DNA from: Tubiluchus corallicola
Taxonomy: Eukaryota > Animalia > Priapulida
Assembly: GCA_030141605.1 (NCBI GenBank)
Contig: JAQGDQ010000003.1
Coordinates: 2,852,001 to 2,916,000 of the forward strand
Direction: 5' to 3'
DNA length: 64,000 nt
Position numbers and translations under genes: made by a program. The notes under the pieces were generated by a model. That model was not told where the DNA came from, made no database searches, and saw only the letters and a program-made list of their open reading frames with translations. This document shows positions 25,501 through 40,500 of the stretch, piece after piece; within the stretch, counting starts at the first letter, position 1; each line of letters starts with the position of its first letter.

Positions 25501-28500
25501 TTATGGAAATACTGGAAAAACGTACATTCATAGAAATGAAGGCATTATAAACACTGTGATGAAGGGACTATACAGCTTACATACTTTTAGATTTGTGAAC
25601 GCATTTGTCAGAAGTCTCTTCTTCAGTAATGATCAACCTTCCATCTTTGCTCATCTTGAAACCATGATTCTCCTTTTTTGCTGTACTGCCTCCCGGCTGA
25701 GTTGCTAAAAAATAAAAACTGAAAATAAATACTTGAATATATGATTAATGTGCACCATAAAGAAAACTTATCAAAAACAACTCGCCTAAAATCTTTTTTG
25801 ATGTGCCAGGATCCAAGAAATCTACAATGTCTCCGGTTTCTTCCTTAATCCAAGCAGCTGCAGAAGATTTCTTTTCTTTTTTGCGCCATTTTCGATCTCT
25901 CACTTTCTGTCGTTTCTCAGATTGGTCGTCTTCCAATTCAGAATCTGTGTCTCTTAAAATGTCATCGATACTGCAAAAAGTCACCTCAGAAAATTACAAA
26001 ATTTGCAAGGCTAAGCTCTAATGATATGGTATGCATTTAACACTACTCAGTGGGAAATACATTAATATTTATTCAGCAAATGGCTATGTCAATCCACTTA
26101 ACAAAAGGCAACATTGAAGGCAATAATATTTTCTAGTTACAACCCAAGAAATGATAAGCATTGTCTAAGTATTTTGAAACCATGTTTTGGGAAGATCTGG
26201 AATCTTTTTTAGACGGACATGATGGACAGAAATGTAAATAGATTTGTACATAGTTGTCACCTAAATCCATACATTCACAAGCTTCATTCAGTAATACAAA
26301 CACTTACCTTTCATGTGCCGTATGCTTTGTAATGGCATCTTCATCATCATCAACACTTTCTTCATCGTTTTCAACATCCTTCTTACGTTTAGCCCGTGCA
26401 AGCAGCTTCCGGATGTTCACTAACATTTTGTGATAGTCCTCGGATGCCATGCTATTCACCAGCTCAAACCTATATTAGTTTTTAAACAGTAAACTACCAC
26501 TAACACGTTAATTAATTACTTTCCGCTTATTATTATTATTATTAACTGAGTTAGAATTGCATAAACTTTTTGTGCTACATCATCAGTTTTCCTTAGTTAA
26601 CTAAAAAATCAAACGACATAAATTCCAATCTGAGTAAAATTTTATATCACATTTTCCTCATACAAGATGCAGTAGTATATAAGATGCACCCTCATTTTTC
26701 AGGGTAAGCATTAGTGGTGGGCAATGCCGCCGATTTCAAGCAATTGCAATTACTGATTGCTTTTTGGCAGTAATTGATTATTAAAATTGCGCGTGGGCAT
26801 CTGATCCTGGTGGTGTCTGACTGTCTTTACAGGTCTGTACACCCGGGCACCCAGAAATGCAACGAATAAACATGTAAGTCTCTAACAACACTGCAGTCGC
26901 CCTATAGGCCTATGTTTCAGCCATTTACATTTTAGTTATAGGCCTTATTTAGTATCAGCAATAGCATCTTTAAACTAGTTTTAAACCTATTTGTCTTTAC
27001 AATTATTCACATTCGATGCAGCATATTATGCTGAAACTAATATTAAAAGTTTAGATAATAAAATAAGTCCTGTGTAAATCACGTACGATTCGAACAAGTA
27101 TTATTAATTATTTCATAAAACTTTTAGAGCAAAATGCACATGTACTTCTAGATTATAAAACACTTTTTCAATTGATATCCGAGAGCATTATTTGTTCTCA
27201 CTGCTTTATAATCAAAGAATACTAGAGTGAGACATTTTTACAAAGTTTCCTGAAATTAAGTTGCCACAAAGTTCTGATGTTTACATAAAAATGCTTAATT
27301 GCTTGCACATGCAGGAGAAGTTTTTAGAAAAATATTCTATAAAAAAATGTGATTTGATGAAAAACTGCTGAATCACACAACATCATAGTTATTTGTTCAT
27401 CAGAGGCCAAGCTACCCACAAACAGTGACAGTAGCAAGCTCAATTTTAGCCGCATCCAGCAGAGTCACTGCTAATTAGTCTCTGACTGAAGGTGGAAGTA
27501 TGCGAACTGTGTTTCAAGAGTGTTTAGTGAATACGTTAGCAATTTTTCCGCGTTAAAAATGATTTGAAACGCATTTTGTATTTCAAAATTTATTATAAAG
27601 TTATAGACCAAAAAGTAATCGTTTAGTATTCTATTACTTAGCAAAGTAATCGATACTAGAGATTCGCAGGCAATCGAAGTAATCAATTACTTGTAATCGA
27701 TTACGCCCACTAATGACAAGCATGTATTTAATTTAATCTTTAGCATGATTAATAAAAGGTTTGTGTGTCAACTGCCGTTAGTCTATTATTATATTATAAA
27801 TGAGTAGATTGATGAATAGAATCTGACTTTAATTATGAAAAAAAAAACACAAACGCCAATGCTAGCAGTGACACATTTTGTTTCTTAATGTTTCAGTGAT
27901 AACGCATTCATCTTTGTCATCATTGTCAAGATGCAAAATCTGAAGACTAAAATAATTTTTTTAACAATTAAATGTATTAAATTGATTTACAAGAAATACC
28001 TGTAAAGTTTTCCAACAAATTAGCAAAATTTTCAATAGTTGCCACTAAGCAATAGCTCAAAGGCAAAAGAGCGGCAACAATTCATCATTTTTTGCATTTT
28101 ATGTGAAATCCATGGTTTTAGATAATTCAGCAAACACTGTCATTGAAAACACGAGAAACTTTTGAAAATAAAATAGCCAAAATGACAAAGTACTAGAGCA
28201 GCCAACCCACTGTGTCAGTGAGACAGAAAAGCTCTAGTGATGACAAGAATGTTTTATCAATAAGAAAATTAACTAAATGGTTTGTGCTGTTAACGATGCT
28301 GAAGTTTCCTAAATTTAAAAGGAAAGCCAAACTGCAGATAGTGCTCAGAGAGAAACTCGATCCTTGAACCTTGAACAAATGACGAACATGTTACCATCAA
28401 AACATTATTAAACAAAAATAAATTAGTTATTATGTGAATGCTTGCATGGACACTTGAGGTTTCTTTCACAATAAGTGTACTAGTAAACGTTGTGGTCTAC

Positions 28501-31500
28501 TACATTCGGCCTCTACATTTACTGTAGAAGACGAAGGCATTCTTCAGCATGGTTTTTGTTAGACAAAAGTTACACATATGATGAAAGACATGATAATTCT
28601 AGTGAAATGCAGTTTGTCTTAATGTCGGTATTCTAGTTGATATACTCACCCAAACTTTTTCACAAGTTTGGTGAAAATGACCTTAATCTTGAATCGGAAG
28701 TGTCTCCTAGTATCTCCACACATTCCATTGATGCTGTCAATCTATGTAAGCAAAAGCAGTTCTAAAAAGCAGTACAACCAATAATAACAAAACAAAAAAA
28801 TTGCCAAGCACATTCATTCAATGTAACCATATATCAGCAAATGGATAATATTTTTTAAAGAATACTTACAATTTGCTTAAGATGCTGTGTTAGATCTGCA
28901 GTCTTTGTAATGCTAATAGTAACTTTTATGAAGCTGAGAACGGACACTATCACTTCTCGACTTTTGCTTTCCAGCAGCAGACACATGTTGTCTAACAATG
29001 CCTCAAGAACACTTCCTTCAAGTTTACCTAAAAATAGATCACAGTGGTATGTAACAGACATAAATATGCAAAACAGCAGCGTCACTTTAGTTGGTTTTGT
29101 AAACAATACTGATAATCATGAGTTCAGCAACAAAAAAATATTCAAAACAATTTCACAATAATAAAAAATATCCCTTTCTTTTTCATGAAAATATATTAAT
29201 GTAATTGAATATTCCATTGTATTGTCACAGTGCCTCACTTGTCACACCATATACACAGTGCACTCAAGATACAAAACTTTTGCTTTAAACAAGTTGCTAC
29301 TAACTCAGTAACAGTCTTTATTTTATTACAACCTGTGCATATAATGCTCGCGTAAAGACCTCACTCAAATCGGAGAAGTTATTTCCCATTTACAAACAAT
29401 AGTGTGAACAATAATGATCATTTATATATACATATACATATGATAACATATTTGTACAGATTGACTTGTTGTTTGAAATTTTCTATCACTAAGTATGTAT
29501 AGAAAAATAATTTGAGGTTTTCACTAGGGCATTTCATGGTTTTACTGAAAACAGTGACAATCACATGTTTAAACATCATTCGATTAGTGCTTTCGAAAAT
29601 TAAATGACATAAGTTAAACATCTTCCACACTGGTAAAATTGTGGCACACTGACCGACAACAGTATCAAGACCAGCCTCAAAGAACATCTTAATACTGTGC
29701 ATCCTAACGACAATGCTCATGTTGAATTGATTGATCATTTAATTAGTGGCTGTTATGCTAGAGGTTATAATTAATACTTTAGTCACTGCCAGATGCTATC
29801 AATAAAGGAAGTGAATTACAAGAATTCTAACACAAGATTTACTGTTAACCCATTAAAATTTATCTAGTATTTTAATAATTTAGCAATCATGTCTAATTAT
29901 AAATGTATTATAGCAATATTTTATTTTGGTGCAATGACATTAAATATTTATTTTTATATGGAAATGTGTTAACCTGTCTGGATAATGACATCTGCTAAGG
30001 ATATCGAAATACTGACATTAAAAGTTAGTTACTATTTAAACATTTTTTCTCCTGCAGTTTTTTTCTATACGGATTTGAGTCACACTGTTAAACACTATGT
30101 ATGAATACTAGATAAATGCAAGCCTCTCCTACACACATAAACTCACAATAAAAACTAACAAGTATTTGATACCTTTAAAACTGAACATGACAGTAGTTAT
30201 TGCCAATATAGTAGCTCCCACCATATGTGGATTACCACCTAGACCAGCAGAAAGTAACTCAAAATATTCCGTAAGTCGTTCTGAAATTCAAAATCTTTTA
30301 TTAGATAACAGTAAACAAATGAATCAAAGTCCATTTAACATGTTCGAATAACACGTCACGGCAATACAACTTTGTCCTTGGTTTTTAATGGCAAAGTTCT
30401 ATGAAAAGCATCAGACTGGATTACAGATTTTCCAGTTCCTGTATAATGCCTTCTTGACTTACCAATTACAAATTCAAAGAACGTTAAAAGCGAAAACATT
30501 TGATAGTCCACAGAACAACATGCCACACTCACCAGTTCTAGCCATAAGCGATTTTGTAAGTTTGCAATTCTGCTACACTAAATTCCATATAAATTTTCAC
30601 ATAAAAACTGCTATAAATTTTTCATGACACATCTCTTGAAAAAATAAAATTGAACTTTCCAATACCCATTTAGTTAATTTTTAACAGATTTATTTAATTA
30701 ATACATTCAAACATTTATTTAAAACTAAACTTTCTGAGATAAGACAGGCATATACCAATGAAAACACAACGTTCTTCCAACTAATGTCTAACAGACATCA
30801 CATATCTCAACAAAACACACAAAGACAGAGATGTATGCTGCTAATCGCCTACTATCATTTCCACATAAGGCATCAGGGTACTCTGCAAGGTAAGAGAACT
30901 TACCTTGATCAGTTTTCTGTTCTGGTTTCACATTCAGTATGTGACTACCAATCTCTGTGAGTAATTTGAATGCTGCAGTTCTTGCTCTTTCAGAACCCTC
31001 CTTTGTACACATGATAACCTAAAAAAAACACAATTGTCTATGTGATCATTTTCGACATTTTTTGCCTCTTGAAGCCCTCGAGCTGTTGTAGTCGTACTCA
31101 TATACATGCCAAATAATTCTAATTAACGTGTAAGTGTTAGGATAATTTGCATTCCGACTAAATTGTTGTATATTGTTCACAACATACATGATGTGCCCTG
31201 GTCTACAGAGAACAAAAAAGTGACAGAACAAGAAAAATATGGTAAATTTCAAAAGCAATTAAATTTCGAAACATAGAAGTTACTAGTAGATATTTCACTG
31301 AAAAAGTAAAATTAGACCAATTTACAAATCAGCGTTATTTTCTGACTTACTTCGGGAAGAATAGAGATTATGAAATTCCTATGTTCTTGTTCCAGACGGT
31401 TAACGATGTGAGTTAAACATTTGAGACGTGGCTGGAAAAAACAAGTAGTTAGTTAACTAATAATCTGCAATGATCAAGAATGAAGGTGTGACATAAAAAT

Positions 31501-34500
31501 GCAAATTAAGATACAGCTTCAATAGTAAATAAGATAATTATAAATAAAAAATTTGAGAAAACTATGTCAGAAACATGATTTTGTGCAGCCAATGCAGGAG
31601 ACAGTTTTTATTTTAAATTATACCATCATATTATTTTCTTGCAAGAATGGAAGCTAATGCACGTCGAAGTTTTCCATCAATAACATACAGTTAAATAAGG
31701 ATTTTCGCTAGTAGCAACCTTTAGTTGACAATGACTAAGTATTAGAATTTTTTTTTGACAAAGTACTGCAAAGCACAACAAGAAATTAGATTAACATGAA
31801 AACTTACAGGCTTAGAAGACGGTGCAGCAGAAGACAACATTTGTGACAAAAGTTTCTCTAAATCTGAAAGATTTTCTATTACAAATTCATTGCAAGCATC
31901 TGACTTTGCACTGCAAACTTCTTCCAATATTCTATACGATTTCTTTTGTTCAGTCAAGTCATTACTCTACAAAAGCAAAAAAAAACTACATCACTCAAAA
32001 TGAAAAGTAACTCTGTATTTTTTGAGAAATACAAATCAAAAGAGGATTAAAAGAGGATTGTTATGCAAAAAGTTGTTACGTAAAGGTACAAACTACTTAA
32101 CTAGTTCTATTATTACACGCACATATTATATATTATACTTCTTGTTTGCAATGCTAATAGATATGTCTGCAGTCATAAAACTTTTGTTTTTCTAAAGTTC
32201 AGATATAATCTAGAAGGAATTAGCAGTTTGCTATATCAAAAAATATCAACTAATAATTACAGAATGTGGTAGTTAAGACTTAACTGTGGCCCTATTTTCA
32301 AATCTTAATGCAAGGAAAAAGTTTTATAAGTAACAAAATGTGAAATATAATGTAACTATACCTCTAGTAAACCAGTGACCAAGTAATATGCCTGAGTAAT
32401 GTGTGACAAACTGATGTAAGGTACCATAGCAACAATGAGATCCATTAAAGCATGTCTATATAATAAAATAAGTAAGAATTATTTATGCAAATGCAAAAGA
32501 AGATAAATGAAGCAATAACTACTGATCTATAGTTCCCTTAAAGTAGTGCCTAGGGTGTTAAACTACCTAGAGCCAGCCCTGTGTAAAGCCATGGGACACT
32601 CAAGATAAAACTATCATTTCGTGTTTAATAGAAACTATTTTACAGTTGGATATGCAAAGTATAGATCTGCATCAATTCCAAATACAAGGGGGCAAAACCA
32701 CAAACTAAGTGCAAGGACACACGGCAAAATCAGCAAGTAACATTACTACAAACTACTCATCTAATGCTACCAAATTTTTTTTAATTTTTTTAAAATAAAA
32801 AATATTAATCATCATTTCACAAAAACCAGTTATCAGTCTTATGGTGTTCTTTGAAATGTGTACCTTTGAAATGTGCTTTGTCCCTGATCTTTAAATTTGC
32901 TGCAAGCTCTTTCAAATAAGCTATCAACTAACTAAAATAAAATACAAAAATTATAAAAAGATTAGGGAAAAAACTCAAAAAACAAAATATAAAACAAAGT
33001 TGATGTCAGATATTACATTTATAAGGACAGCTAATGAAATGGGTAGCATTTTTCAGTGCCATAGTGCAAAAAATCCAATATTAATAGCTTTCACTTTGTA
33101 CTACATGTAATAGCACAACAAAAAACTAACAGGTAGTTCTAAAAATGTAGTTTGTTGAAACATTAATATTTATTAAGTTTACAAATACAAATAAAGTAGT
33201 ATAACTTACATCTTTTGGTGTTATCTGTAAGTAACACTTCACAGTTTCTAGTGTAGCTAAATGAGAGGAGTCCTTTGCCTTTTTATTATTAGGCTCTGTG
33301 GTAATTATGTTAAAGAAGATCGGTAGGTAGTTCTTTGCATATTTTGCTAACTCTTGCGAATTTTGTTCTGTAACATGTACAAATATGACAAAATGATTAG
33401 AAAAACGTTCTTTAAAACAAATATCTCAGAAATTGTTCTCACAAAATACAGTGATAATAGCAGAATGACTAACATACGGTTTTCGATGTTTTTATTGATC
33501 AGTAGTCGTATAGCTGACAAGACATCAGAACGTAGCTCTGGCCAGTCGGCAACAGCATGTCCGAGAATTTTTGCAAGACCACCAAATGACTAAAAAGAAT
33601 AACACTAAAATTAGGTAAACAACTTAATATAATTTGCCAATTATCATAAATCCTCAGCAGTTGAAAATGCAGTTAAGCAATGTGATTTAAATGCAGTCTG
33701 TAAAATGGAAGTAAGTTAACTCTTTTTGCAGACAGTGAACAAAGAAACTGGAAAACAAAAACAACTGTAGTTAGCACTGTAAAGATTCTGCATTTTAGTT
33801 AGAAATTATAACTTATACTTGGCACAGATCGGTAGGGCATGTGCAAAATCCTGGTAAAAGTGACCAAATTTGTGAATGTAGAATACTGTAGGTTTTCCCT
33901 TCGACTTGTTTATCTTCCTGAATGCATTCCAATGCTGCAAAAATTATACAAACAATTATACTAAATAGTTTTATAAATACAACAAATGACTTTAGAGTAA
34001 TAATTAACTTTCCAATAACAAAATGCAATTACATGTTTCATACCATTTCAATGAATTCTGTTAGAAATTTTAGTTGTAACTCATCAGTGCAAGCACCAAA
34101 TTAAAAAGGGGTAAGCTAATGTCCATCTAACTGCTTTCAATTAACTAGTTATTCTTTGTTATGTCTAGGTTATTAACACTGGAATGAAAAAGTAACCCTA
34201 AGCACAGCTGTGCTTGAACTGTTCAAGTGTTGACACTTTTTAGTACAGATATAATCTGATACATTAAATAAATCACATTGAGATGCTATACACTCATAAT
34301 TAAGAAAATGCAAAACTATAAACACTGTCCTAGCAATTTGCAGCTGTCATCTAAAAAGGCCTTAATTAAAGGAAAACCAGACACACTGTTAAACCATATT
34401 TTAAATGATCTGATGTATAAAATATTGAAAATTGAAGATATTGTTTTTCGATTTTCAAGCATGACTTATGTGAAAGAATTATTACCACAGAAGTTTGTTC

Positions 34501-37500
34501 ACACCATTAGTTCTTTGCTGTTACGCGTATTTTGCTATTTGCTAGTTAGGCGGACAACACTGGTTGCATTGTTACGAATTCAGTTTTTTAAACTCAAAAT
34601 TTGCAGAGTTGGTGCGACTCATAGTCAGTGCTGTACACTATATTTCAAGTTTCACTTTTGTAAACATGCACCACAGGCTCACAGAATGTCCTTGGCTTGA
34701 GAAAATTATGTTCAGTTGTGACATTATCGATGCCTGTGGTCGAAGTTAGTTAACTAGCACACTAGCCTAATATTTAATTATCAGAAGCACTTTCGCATTT
34801 TGCAGGTGTTAAAATATATATATTTCAAAATGGGATACTATCTGAAAAAATCGTCTTGTTTTCCTATAAGCCGACTACCAAAAACACTTATTTCTGACAG
34901 TATTTTAAACTGACTTGTATCTATTTGCATATAGAAACAGTCAACTAAGTAAAGTAGACAATATGGTTTTACAGGCAAAAATTGACAAAATACAACTTGC
35001 TTTTTTTTTTACTTTTACAGATAATACAGTTCAACTTCATTGTAGGTTATGTACTGGTAAGACAAGATAAGGTGAAGTGACAAGATGTGAGATAAGGTGA
35101 AGTGAGGTGGAAGCCAAGTAGAAGTGAGGCGAGACAAAATGAAACCGGACAAGACCAGGTAGGACAAGACAGGACAGAACATGATTGACTAGGACAAGAT
35201 GTGACAGAATAGGATAATTTAAGATAGGACAGGATATGACACATCACTGTATGATATAACATAAGATAATATAAGATTTATAACCCATAACAAGTATGAA
35301 GATTTCCTTAGTTTAACAACTGGTAGGTGAACACAATAGAGTTTTCTGGACTTAACAAGTCCACATGGTCTCTACTCACATCTATTTCTCAGTTTTGCAG
35401 CAAGAGGCAAAAAATACTGTACGAAGAAACTCAATTCCGTGTCTCTGACGTTGTCCCGTAAAACAGGAAGCAGCCAGCTTCTTGAAAATTCAAAAGACGT
35501 CCTAAACCGAAATTAAATAAACGAGTAAACTAAAGATCATAAAAAATCATAAAGCAAAAAGAACTATAGGTGTAAATATATAGTGGTTATAGTTAAGACT
35601 CAAAAATTTTCTGTTTATTCTTTATGGAATAATTTCTCAACTGATGTTCACTATAGTAAGAATGATGACACTTTCAAACTGCACCAAGTTAGCACTTACT
35701 TGACACATCAAACAACAGAAAAACTTGTTTTTCCTACATAATAAACAAGCAATTAGTCATCGTAGAAGTTTGGATTTTTCAGTGATTTAAGTGTTATTAT
35801 AACGAGTGATTGCCAACTAGCATCAAGGATACTACCACTACCCACCACTACCACCACCAATATCAATGCTACTATAAATCTACCAAATAAACAAATAATA
35901 TTATATAATACTGCAAGTATTATAATAAATCTTACTTATCCAAAAGGTTGATATGGATAATTTAATCAAAGCTAAATTAATTTAATACAGTAAGTGCCAC
36001 TTAATAAACTCACTTTGGGATTGAAGGGTTTTGATGCAATTAACCAACTGAATCTATTAGTTTATTATAGCTCAGTACCCACTGCAACAGCTTGTGAGAA
36101 CTTTAAATGTTATGCTTATGCTCTATTTTTCAAAATAACGTCTATGCTCTTATCTGTTCTACGATGTTTACATTTGTAAAGTAACTTAAGGAGCCCCAAA
36201 GGTTAATAAAGTAAAAGTTTTGACCAACAGCTGAATTAATTTTGTCAGTAATGTCATTATACAATTATACAACTACACAGCATTTTATAAATAAAACAGA
36301 CTGTTATCACATGACCATGGGCTGGCTTATCATTAAGTGAAGGTAAAATAGGTGCTAATTGCCAGTCTTTCACCAGTTTCTATTTTCAAGCAACTGGCAA
36401 CTTGGAGTAATATCATACATTAACAACGTACGTTTCTATTTCTTGCTGTCAGTCGTTTACGCGATTTGAGCACGATCACTAGTCACTTTAGTGTATCATA
36501 GGCATTAGCCAATACTGATGAGTATAATAAACACAGCCCATTGTATTAGCAACACAACTCGTTGCTAGCTATGTAACTTGGCAAACTATTAAATAGCTGA
36601 GCTGTAAAAAGTCTCGAACACTGGGATCAGACTTAAAAAATTAATTTTCAAATTAATTTCCACAAAATTATTGGATTATTTTCCATCACTTGATTATTTT
36701 TATCGATTAAAATTAAAATTGATCAACTAATATTTAATTATACGAATTAGCATCTCCTCACTCTGTCCCATCAATTTGCAATGGCACTGCGGTTAGTATC
36801 AACTTAGGTCCCATGCTGCGCACTGCTGCTCCGATAGCATAGTCTAAGTCATGCGTGTATGAAAATTGATTGGTATCTCTCAGATCTGCCAAACTTTGTA
36901 AACATTTACGCATAATTGAGTGACACTCTTTTCCCATAATCTAAAAATGAATCATAGTATGACAAGTAGAATCTAGAAACATGATTGTACGACAGCAAGT
37001 TATAAAATTCATGATAATATCTGAAGATACAAGGCATTAATATATCAAGAAAAAACAATTCAAATATATACTGCTGCAAAACCAGAGCACTAAAAAACAA
37101 AAAAAGTAAACCTTCAACAACTTACTTGGAATAACAAGGTTAGCAACTGTAGTATATGGCCCCATGAAGCATGATACTGATAGCTAAGGCCTTTTTCTAC
37201 ACTGCTGAATATCTTCTGCACTACACTCGTGCCACTCGCATGCAACTTGGCAAAGTCCAGCACAACTAATTCCTTTGCTGGTCGAAAGCATTCTTGCAAA
37301 AGAGTCTACAAAACAGATAAATGAGAATGTCAAACTGGAAAAGAAATTTATCAACATGCGACTATGGTTCTGCTTAAATATGAGAATTTTGCAAATGGTT
37401 CGTAATAAGAATCACATTACTGCGATTAGGAATTAACCAAGGTTTTCGTGTACATACCTTTAGTGTGCTGCTAGTAGCATTTGTAATCTCTGGTCTATCA

Positions 37501-40500
37501 GAGAGAAAGCAAGACATCATTGTCTGTACAATCTTAGGCAAATGGTGAATGCACTGCTTTGCATTTATACGTGATAAGTTTATATGAGCCGATTCCATAG
37601 CAGTAAGCCATGCCGACATAGGTTGAATGTCGTTGTCCCCAGGTTGATAATCATATAATGCCTATTAATATAGTGCTTATTTTACTAGGTAAGATATACC
37701 GGACAGAGCCAAACTCATTAAAAATTTTACAAAAACATCCAATGAAACAACTTGAGACCAGCATAAGAACAATGCACAACTTATAATTAAACAAATACAT
37801 ACAAAATACAATAGTAAATCACAGTAATGATTTCTACAATTTAAACAGTGATGCTGCCACACCGTTACATAAATTTCTGTTAAAATTGAAAAGTTTTAGC
37901 AAACATAACCACTCCTTAAAACACTTTTGAATTTGTCATTTTCTTTAATTAGTGTGTATGAAATAAGTAATTCAAAGCAAGTATTTTGCTTCTGATAAAA
38001 AACTTGAAAACTTAGGCAAACGTTTAACAAAATCTGTTGCACAGTTACTGCACAGTATGTGAATTTATGCATGAATTTCAAAATGTTCTAAAAATAATCT
38101 TAATTGATATAATAAGATCGTTAATCACTTCACTGCATGAGTGTTGGTTAATAAGTATGCTAAAAGTATTCACAAAATGAGTCTCCATATTATTCAGAAA
38201 AAATCTAAGTGAGTCTCTTTCTGCCAATTAACAAGAAATAATTGTACTAAGAATCATTTTTGAACTGGAAAACAAAATGTTGCTTTTTCCTTAATACCTA
38301 ACACACATTCTAATTACTATTATTTATTGACAAGTGCAATAGTGCAATGTAATCAAGTAACCACACAATCATACCAGGAATTTCTGACAATACAATCACA
38401 TGAGCACTGCCTACTCAGAAGTACTGCAGATATGTACTTTAATAGAAAATACTTACAGCTTCAACTTACATTTATTAGTTGAGCATTTAGCTCTGGTGTT
38501 AGGCAGGTTTCCTTTGGTTTAGCTTGGAAAAGACAGTGCAGAGCTTTCATTGAAACAGCTTTCACCAACTACATGTAAAAATTATGTCAATGACGAACGG
38601 ACTGCTTATCACAGCTGAATAATCTTTAGTGCCATTTACTTGTTTATAACATTGTTACTTGTTGGACAAAGCGATTTTCCCATTGACAATATAAAGCAAT
38701 TTTTCACATTTTTTATTTAAAAAGCAGTGCAGAAACAAAAGTTGCAAAAAATTTAATTATGATTCATAAAGAGTGGCCAGAGTGCTTTAAGAAAATGTGT
38801 GTAGGATTTCTTTAAACAAAATCTCTTTAAACCAGAAACACAAGAGGGAATTTTGGATTTCAGTACCCTAGGTGTCATATACTTTCAATACTATTTTGTT
38901 GAAAAAAATGTGCTTATTGTAAAAAATGCTCAAAGTATGCAACAACAAATAAATTAATATAAAATTTTAATTTAGTTTATTAAATTTTAGTAGTTTGCCT
39001 GCATTTTCAACTAAGAATAATGAAAACACATTACCAGGGGATTTTAGCAAAATTTTGGAACCGAGATGCTCTTTTTCATCAAATATCTATATATGTAATT
39101 TACAGTCTGGTTTGGTCGCTGAGAAAAAGGGGATTGACAGGATACAGCTGCCAAACTTACAAGAATGATTCTTCAAGTCCATTTAACATTTCTATACAAT
39201 TTTACACTTTGGCCCGCTGTCCCGAGACACTAAGAGGTTAAGAAATGGTCCTGTACTTTGGAGGCTTATAACTCCAAAACACTCACAGGAAAGACACTTG
39301 GTTACTATTAGGGATGAATAGTAAGTTATATATGGGCCTTCATTCTGTGGTATGATTAGTGACATTAGAACACACGAAGTGGCCAAATTACGTCATCAGT
39401 ACCCCTTAATCCATTTCACAAAATCAAATATTTGTACGAATAAATGTGAATTAAACTTAATTTTTAATATCAGGTGTTATTAAGGTGTTTTAATAAACGT
39501 ATTCCTGCATACAGAATGATCGTACATGCACATTATCCCATGGTCAGATGTCTCAGTATATTAGTAATAAAACGCCTGCGTTTTCACAAACCGCGGGTCT
39601 ACAATTTACATACAGGTTCAACAAAACAAAGTTGTTTGAATAGATTAACTGGCGTTTTAGACTTAAATCCTAACGGTCGTAAGGCAATATCTATCATTTC
39701 ACTATTGCTATGATAAGCCTTAAGAGTTTCATGAGGCCTTACCTATGCAATTTCAGCATAACTTATGAATTACTACTGTACTTCGCTTAGCACACCTTAT
39801 CAGTGATGCGGGTGACGTGGCAGTACTGCACTGTCTAAAGCCCTGTCTACTTTCAAATTTTGACGTAAATTTGACTAGATTACGAAAGGACAATTAGGCA
39901 GTTTTAACTTCTAGGTACCTTTATTGTAAACGTTTTGCGGGGCTTTTGATTTTATTTTGTTTTATGCTGTTTTGAAACTATTATAAGAGCAAAATGGAAA
40001 ATACAAAAATTTATGAAATGGAAAAATTCCACATTAACTAATGTGTCCACCTTTTAAGCTACATTACGGGCAAAGTGCTTCGTCAGAATGTATAATGTTC
40101 ATAGATTTAAGAGCCGCACATATGTGACAATGGCATTCCAAGCTTGCTGGCGTAACACCCGAGCCCTTGGATACGTAAACATAACTAGCGTAATCAGCAG
40201 TTTTGCGTGCATACGCTGTATGGAATGACAAAAATGTTACACATAGATTCATAACAACTAAAACTGATTCAAAAAGTCAAAACGTACAGCATTACTCAGT
40301 GTTAAAACCCGTAGAATTGTTTCACATGCTGGTTTTAAACTTTTGCTTGGTAAAACTGACAATACATCTTTGAGTAATTCCAAACTGTGCAAGGTCTCAG
40401 TAGCTTCACCAATCCCTGGAAAAAGATCTCATCATACATAATTTTTTTAAAATATATAAGATAATATAAAATTACCTTGTGCAAAAGTTAAGCTATAGGG

